A stretch of DNA of 64,000 nucleotides, taken from contig OY970192.1 in NCBI GenBank assembly GCA_963708135.1, forward strand, positions 1,600,001 to 1,664,000, read 5' to 3'. Origin of the DNA: an uncultured Gemmatimonadales bacterium. Lineage in GTDB: Bacteria > Gemmatimonadota > Gemmatimonadetes > Longimicrobiales > RSA9. Position 1 is the stretch's first letter. Each line of letters begins with the position of its first letter. The notes under the pieces are model-generated. The model saw nothing but the letters and a program-made list of their open reading frames with translations, made no database searches and had not been told where the DNA came from. The position numbers and the translations under genes were made by a program. Positions 59,920 to 64,000 of the stretch are shown here, one piece after another.

Positions 59920-62900
59920 CCGGCGCCTGCCCTGCGGCGCGCAAGCGGGCGTTCAGGGCGTCGAGTCCGGTGGTGGAGAGCGCGGTCCACTTCGGCAGCA
60001 CGCCCTGCAGCTCGGCGCGCGCCGCGGCGGCCTCCGCCACCTCGCGCGCGGTCGGGGCGACATCGGCGCCCTGCATGGCCATAGCGGCGCCGAGCAGCGC
60101 GGTCGCGGCGCTGCGCAGACTGGGCGGCCCCGATGGCGCGGCGCGGAAGAAGAAGCCGCGGCGGGCCGAGGGCGCGGGCGCGAGGGCCTCGACCTTCGCC
60201 TTGAAGGTCTGGACATCGCTGCCCTGGAGCGAGTCGAGTGCGGCCACGAGCGCCCGCGCCCGGGCGTAGGCCGCATGGGCCTGGACGGCGCCGTCGTACA
60301 TCTCGCGCGAGAGGGAGGCGAGGCGGGCGAGGTCGGCGGGCGGCGTTTTCACGCGCGGATCGAGGCGCAGCGTGAGCGGCCGCGTGAACTGCCGTCCCGC
60401 CACCGTCAGCCGCACGGTATAGCGCCCCGGCGGCGCCCAGGGCGCCTGGACCGACGGGTAGGTGCGGTGGGGCACCGCGGCTCCGCCCTCGGCACGCGGC
60501 TCCTCGCCATCGACGGGGTCATACTTGAGGTCCCAGCTGAAGCGGTGCATCCCGGCTCCGGTGGAGAGGGTCATCTGCGGCGCGGCCCAGTAGAGGGGCA
60601 CGTCGCAATCGGGTGCGCCGGGGTTGCGCTGGCACACCTCGTCGTAGGCGGCGGGATCGGTGCCCGGGTCGGGCTCGAGCACGGGATCATGGCTCGAGTA
60701 GGAGCGGATCACCTTGCCGCCTGTGTCCAGGATGTCCAGGGTCACGGGTCCCGACGTCGCGTGCGCCAGGTAGTAGTCGATGATGCCACCGGGGGGCGGG
60801 TTCTCCCCGGCCGGCAGCTCGGGCGGCCAGGGCGTGGGGTCGTTGGTGCCGAAGCGCACGCGCACGGCCGTCTCGGGCCTGAAGAGGTAGGCGGTGCTCG
60901 CCGCCTCGGCCTCGGCCGCCTGCCGCAGCGGCGTGACGTCGTCGAGGATCCAGAAGCCGCGGCCGTGGGTCCCGGCCACGAGGTCGGAGCAGAGGCAGTG
61001 GTCGTCGTCCTTCACCTGGATGTCGCGCACGGAGACGGCGGGCATGTTCAGCCGCAGCGAGCGCCAGTGGTCGCCGTCATCGAAGGACACCCAGACCTGG
61101 GCGTCGGTGGCGGCGTAGAGGAGGCCCTTCCTGCGCGGGTCCTCGCGGATCGAGTTGGCCACCGCGCCGGGCGCGATCCCGGTGTCGATCTCCGTCCAGG
61201 TCCTGCCGCCGTCGTGGGTGCGCCAGAAGTGCGGGTTCATGTCGTCGATCCGCATCGTGTTGGCGGCGGCGTAGGCGGTGAGCGTGTCGAAGTGGCCGGC
61301 ATCCATGTTGAAGATGCGGGTCCACGGCTTCACGGCGGGAGGCGTCACGTCGCTCCAGTGGGCGCCGCCGTCCATGGTGACCTGGATGTTGCCGTCGTCG
61401 GTACCGGCCCAGAGCACGCCCACGCCGAGCGGCGAGGGCGCGAGCGCGGTGATCACGCCCTGCGGCGAGACCTCGACGTCGCTCGCGTACTTCCCCGCGC
61501 TGGCCGGCACCTTCCAGGTCTTGCGGGAAAGGTCGGGGCTGATGCGCGTCCAGGTGTGCGCGTGGTCCGTCGTCTTCCAGACGGCGTCCGACGTGTAGAA
61601 CAGCACGTCCGGATCTGCCGGAGACCACTGCAGCGGCATGGTGCGCACGTTCCGGTTGTACGGCCCGCCCCGCGGCCCCATGTCCGGCCCGACGTTCGTC
61701 GTCTGCCCCGTCTTCCGGTTGTAGAGCGAGACGTTGTTGCGGCTGCCGCCGTAGACCATGTCGGGGTCGTTCGGGTCGGGCGCGGCGATACCGTACTCCT
61801 GGATGTTGACGGGGTGCCAGTCGTGGAAGGTGATCTCGCCGTCCATGGAGCGGCTCTCGACGCAGGCGGAGCCGGAGTCCTGCTGGCCGCCGCAGAGGCG
61901 GTAGGGGAAGGCGTTGTCCGCGGTGACGTGGTACATGGCGGCCGTGGGCTGGGTGTACCAGTTGCTCCACGAGGCGCCGCGGTTGCCGGAGACCACCGCG
62001 CCCTGGTCCGCCACGGCGAGGATGATGTTCGGGTCGTTCGGGTTGATCCAGATCTTCTGGTAGTCGTCGCCGCCCGGCGCGCCGCGCACGGCGCTCCACA
62101 TGCGGCCGCCGTCCTCCGTCCGCCACATGACGACGGAAGCGCTGTAGACCACGTTCGGGTCCTTCGGGTCAATGGTGATGGTCGGCAGATCGCCGCCGCC
62201 GATACGGCGCAGGGGACGCGGATCGGCGACCCCGTCGCCGGCATCCTTCGCCGCCGGGTCGTCCACGGCCTGCCAGTGCGCGCCCGCGTCGGTGGAGCGG
62301 TAGAGGGCGACGACGCCGGTCGTGCCACCGTCGCGTCCCGCCCCCGTGGCGGCCGACCGCTCCGGCGTCACCGCGGCGATGGCGTAGACGATGTCGGGGT
62401 TGCTCGGCGCGATGGCCAGGTTGGCCTCGATCACCTGCGGCAGGCCGGCGCTCAGCTGCGTCCAGGTGGTGCCGCCGTCGGTGGACTTGAAGATGCCGTT
62501 GCCGGTGCCGCCGAACTCGCCGCTCTCGCGGAAGCTCTGCTGCTGCTGCCAGAGCGTGGCGTACACGACGCTCGGGTCGGCGGGGTCGATCAGCACGTCG
62601 TTGCCGCTCGTGTACTCATCCTTGTAGAGCACCTTCTCGAAGGTCTTGCCGCCATCGGTCGAGCGGAAGATCCCGCGCTCCGGGTTGGGGCCGTAGGGGT
62701 GGCCGAGCGCCGCCACGAACAGCCGGTCCGGGTTGGTGGGGTCCACGGCGATGTTGGCGATCATCTGCGTCTCGTCGAGGCCCAGGTGCGTCCACGTCGC
62801 GCCCGCGTCCGCCGACCTGTAGACGCCGTCGCCCGTGGACAGGTCGGGGCGGATGATGCCGGCGCCGGTGCCGACGTAGATCAGGCTCGGGTTGGTGGGC

Positions 62901-63187
62901 GCGACCGCGATGGCGCCGATCGAGCCGGTGGCCTCGTTGTCGAAGAGCGGATGCCAGGTGGAGCCGTAGTCGGTCGAGCGCCAGACGCCGCCGTTGTCGA
63001 AGCCGACGTAGAAGACGTTGGGCTGGCCGGGCACGCCGGAGAGCGCGCGGGCGCGGCCGGCGCGGGGCGGACCGATCTGGCGCCAGCGCATGCCGGAATA
63101 CAGGTCGGGCGCCTGCGCCGCCGCGAGCGAGGCCGAGGCGGCGAGCAGGATCAGGGTGAGGGTCGCTCGGAAGAGGGCTGTGCGCAC
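59903..63187 (-). CDS. Secreted VPS10/BNR-repeat (sortilin-like) glycosyl hydrolase-related protein
   Basis: Signal peptide, WRQIGP..AGR, many S.D.G..W Asp-box repeats, GTHGRGFWILDD. Confidence 0.88.
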   Translation of the reverse strand: MRTALFRATLTLILLAASASLAAAQAPDLYSGMRWRQIGPPRAGRARALSGVPGQPNVFYVGFDNGGVWRSTDYGSTWHPLFDNEATGSIGAIAVAPTNPSLIYVGTGAGIIRPDLSTGDGVYRSADAGATWTHLGLDETQMIANIAVDPTNPDRLFVAALGHPYGPNPERGIFRSTDGGKTFEKVLYKDEYTSGNDVLIDPADPSVVYATLWQQQQSFRESGEFGGTGNGIFKSTDGGTTWTQLSAGLPQVIEANLAIAPSNPDIVYAIAAVTPERSAATGAGRDGGTTGVVALYRSTDAGAHWQAVDDPAAKDAGDGVADPRPLRRIGGGDLPTITIDPKDPNVVYSASVVMWRTEDGGRMWSAVRGAPGGDDYQKIWINPNDPNIILAVADQGAVVSGNRGASWSNWYTQPTAAMYHVTADNAFPYRLCGGQQDSGSACVESRSMDGEITFHDWHPVNIQEYGIAAPDPNDPDMVYGGSRNNVSLYNRKTGQTTNVGPDMGPRGGPYNRNVRTMPLQWSPADPDVLFYTSDAVWKTTDHAHTWTRISPDLSRKTWKVPASAGKYASDVEVSPQGVITALAPSPLGVGVLWAGTDDGNIQVTMDGGAHWSDVTPPAVKPWTRIFNMDAGHFDTLTAYAAANTMRIDDMNPHFWRTHDGGRTWTEIDTGIAPGAVANSIREDPRRKGLLYAATDAQVWVSFDDGDHWRSLRLNMPAVSVRDIQVKDDDHCLCSDLVAGTHGRGFWILDDVTPLRQAAEAEAASTAYLFRPETAVRVRFGTNDPTPWPPELPAGENPPPGGIIDYYLAHATSGPVTLDILDTGGKVIRSYSSHDPVLEPDPGTDPAAYDEVCQRNPGAPDCDVPLYWAAPQMTLSTGAGMHRFSWDLKYDPVDGEEPRAEGGAAVPHRTYPSVQAPWAPPGRYTVRLTVAGRQFTRPLTLRLDPRVKTPPADLARLASLSREMYDGAVQAHAAYARARALVAALDSLQGSDVQTFKAKVEALAPAPSARRGFFFRAAPSGPPSLRSAATALLGAAMAMQGADVAPTAREVAEAAAARAELQGVLPKWTALSTTGLDALNARLRAAGQAPVTLPK

Positions 63188-63367
63188 GGAGACCGCCTCC
63201 TGGCTCTGCGTGGAGCATCCGATGGATTCGGAATCGATGAGCCATGAAGATGGGGCGGGCGCGGTCCCCGTGCCAGCGGGAGCGGCCGCGGGCCGTCCGG
63301 GCGCTTCAGCCGAGGGGCCGCCGCGGCAGGGGAGGAGGGCCGCCTCTCGGCGGCGGGTCTCGCCGTC

Positions 63368-63979
63368 CTATTGCGGGCCCGGTCCCCGCGAAGCGGCGGA
63401 GCGGCGGTAGAGGCCGACGAAGGCCTGCCGCCACGTCGCGCCGGCGTCGGGCGAGATCTCCCACACCTGGCGGACGCGGCCGTCGGGGAGCGGCGTCCAG
63501 GTGATCCGGTCGAGGACCCGGCCGCGCACGGTGGTGCGCGCGGCGGCCCCGGCCAGGACCATGGCCGCGCCGTCGAGGCCGCCCACGAGCCAGAGCGTGG
63601 ATCCGCCGCCGACCCAGCGCTGCGTCCAGCGGCCGAGATCGGTGTCGTAGGTGTTGATGCTGGTGCCGTGGCTGCCGTCGCCGCCGTCCCAGCTCTCGAG
63701 CAGCCCGCAGCCGTCGGCGATGCGGCGCACGCGGTCGCGGCCGAGCACCTGCCCCTTCGGGCTCCGCACCTCCCAGTCCCCCAGCCAGAAGTCGAAGCTG
63801 CGGAACTCCGGGCGACGGCAGCGGGTGGCGGTCGAGTCGGCCGTGGCCCCGGCGCCCGCGAGCGCGCGACGCTCCGCTGCGGAGCCGGCGCCGCCGCGCC
63901 CGCCCCAGACGGCCGCGCCGACCAGCGCGGCGGCGGTCAGCGGCAGCGCGCAACGCATGGCGAACGCTCCGGCGGCCAT
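63368..63979 (-). CDS. Exported hypothetical protein (DUF1579-like beta-barrel)
   Basis: AGGAGG RBS, C..PEFRSFDFWLGDW.V, E.W, S.D.G.TW pattern. Confidence 0.7.
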   Translation of the reverse strand: MAAGAFAMRCALPLTAAALVGAAVWGGRGGAGSAAERRALAGAGATADSTATRCRRPEFRSFDFWLGDWEVRSPKGQVLGRDRVRRIADGCGLLESWDGGDGSHGTSINTYDTDLGRWTQRWVGGGSTLWLVGGLDGAAMVLAGAAARTTVRGRVLDRITWTPLPDGRVRQVWEISPDAGATWRQAFVGLYRRSAASRGPGPQ

Positions 63980-64000
63980 CACGCCTCCTATTCCTCCCGG

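Overview
Very GC-rich (roughly 70-75% by eye) chromosomal segment of a diderm bacterium. Gemmatimonadota is the most likely phylum, inferred from a SusC/SusD pair in a high-GC genome together with LPS genes. 1-15 kb is a mostly minus-strand core block: hemC, lptE, a lipoprotein, a peptidase/beta-propeller/Omp85 protein, a HEAT-cyclophilin, a thioesterase, a two-domain ALDH with deoC, lpxH, murI, a lipid kinase and recX. 15-31 kb is a carbohydrate and transport block: CDF transporter, HAD, gnd, zwf, TreT-like glycosyltransferase, a P-type ATPase and glgP (each broken by a single-base indel), a CAAX protease, an APC permease and galTK. 31-38 kb is a redox/metal block: TlpA, TrxC, ArsR, a membrane protein/cupin pair with a CRP/FNR box, a CusRS-like two-component system, a USP and a Met-rich lipoprotein. 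38-46.5 kb holds a sirtuin, folA-thyA, yaiI, an isolated tRNA-Sec (selC) and a zone of gene remnants around a Rieske/FAD reductase and an OmpA protein. 46.5-64 kb holds a DAK2-DegV fusion, ridA, a heptose kinase, mlaEFD, susCD, a SoxR-SDR-QueA-like module with a textbook 19-bp MerR promoter, and a VPS10/BNR protein. No CRISPR array, integrase, transposase or rRNA was seen. The best candidate for an undescribed system is the SoxR-controlled SDR plus divergent QueA paralog. Product calls come from recognising motifs by eye; no searches were run.
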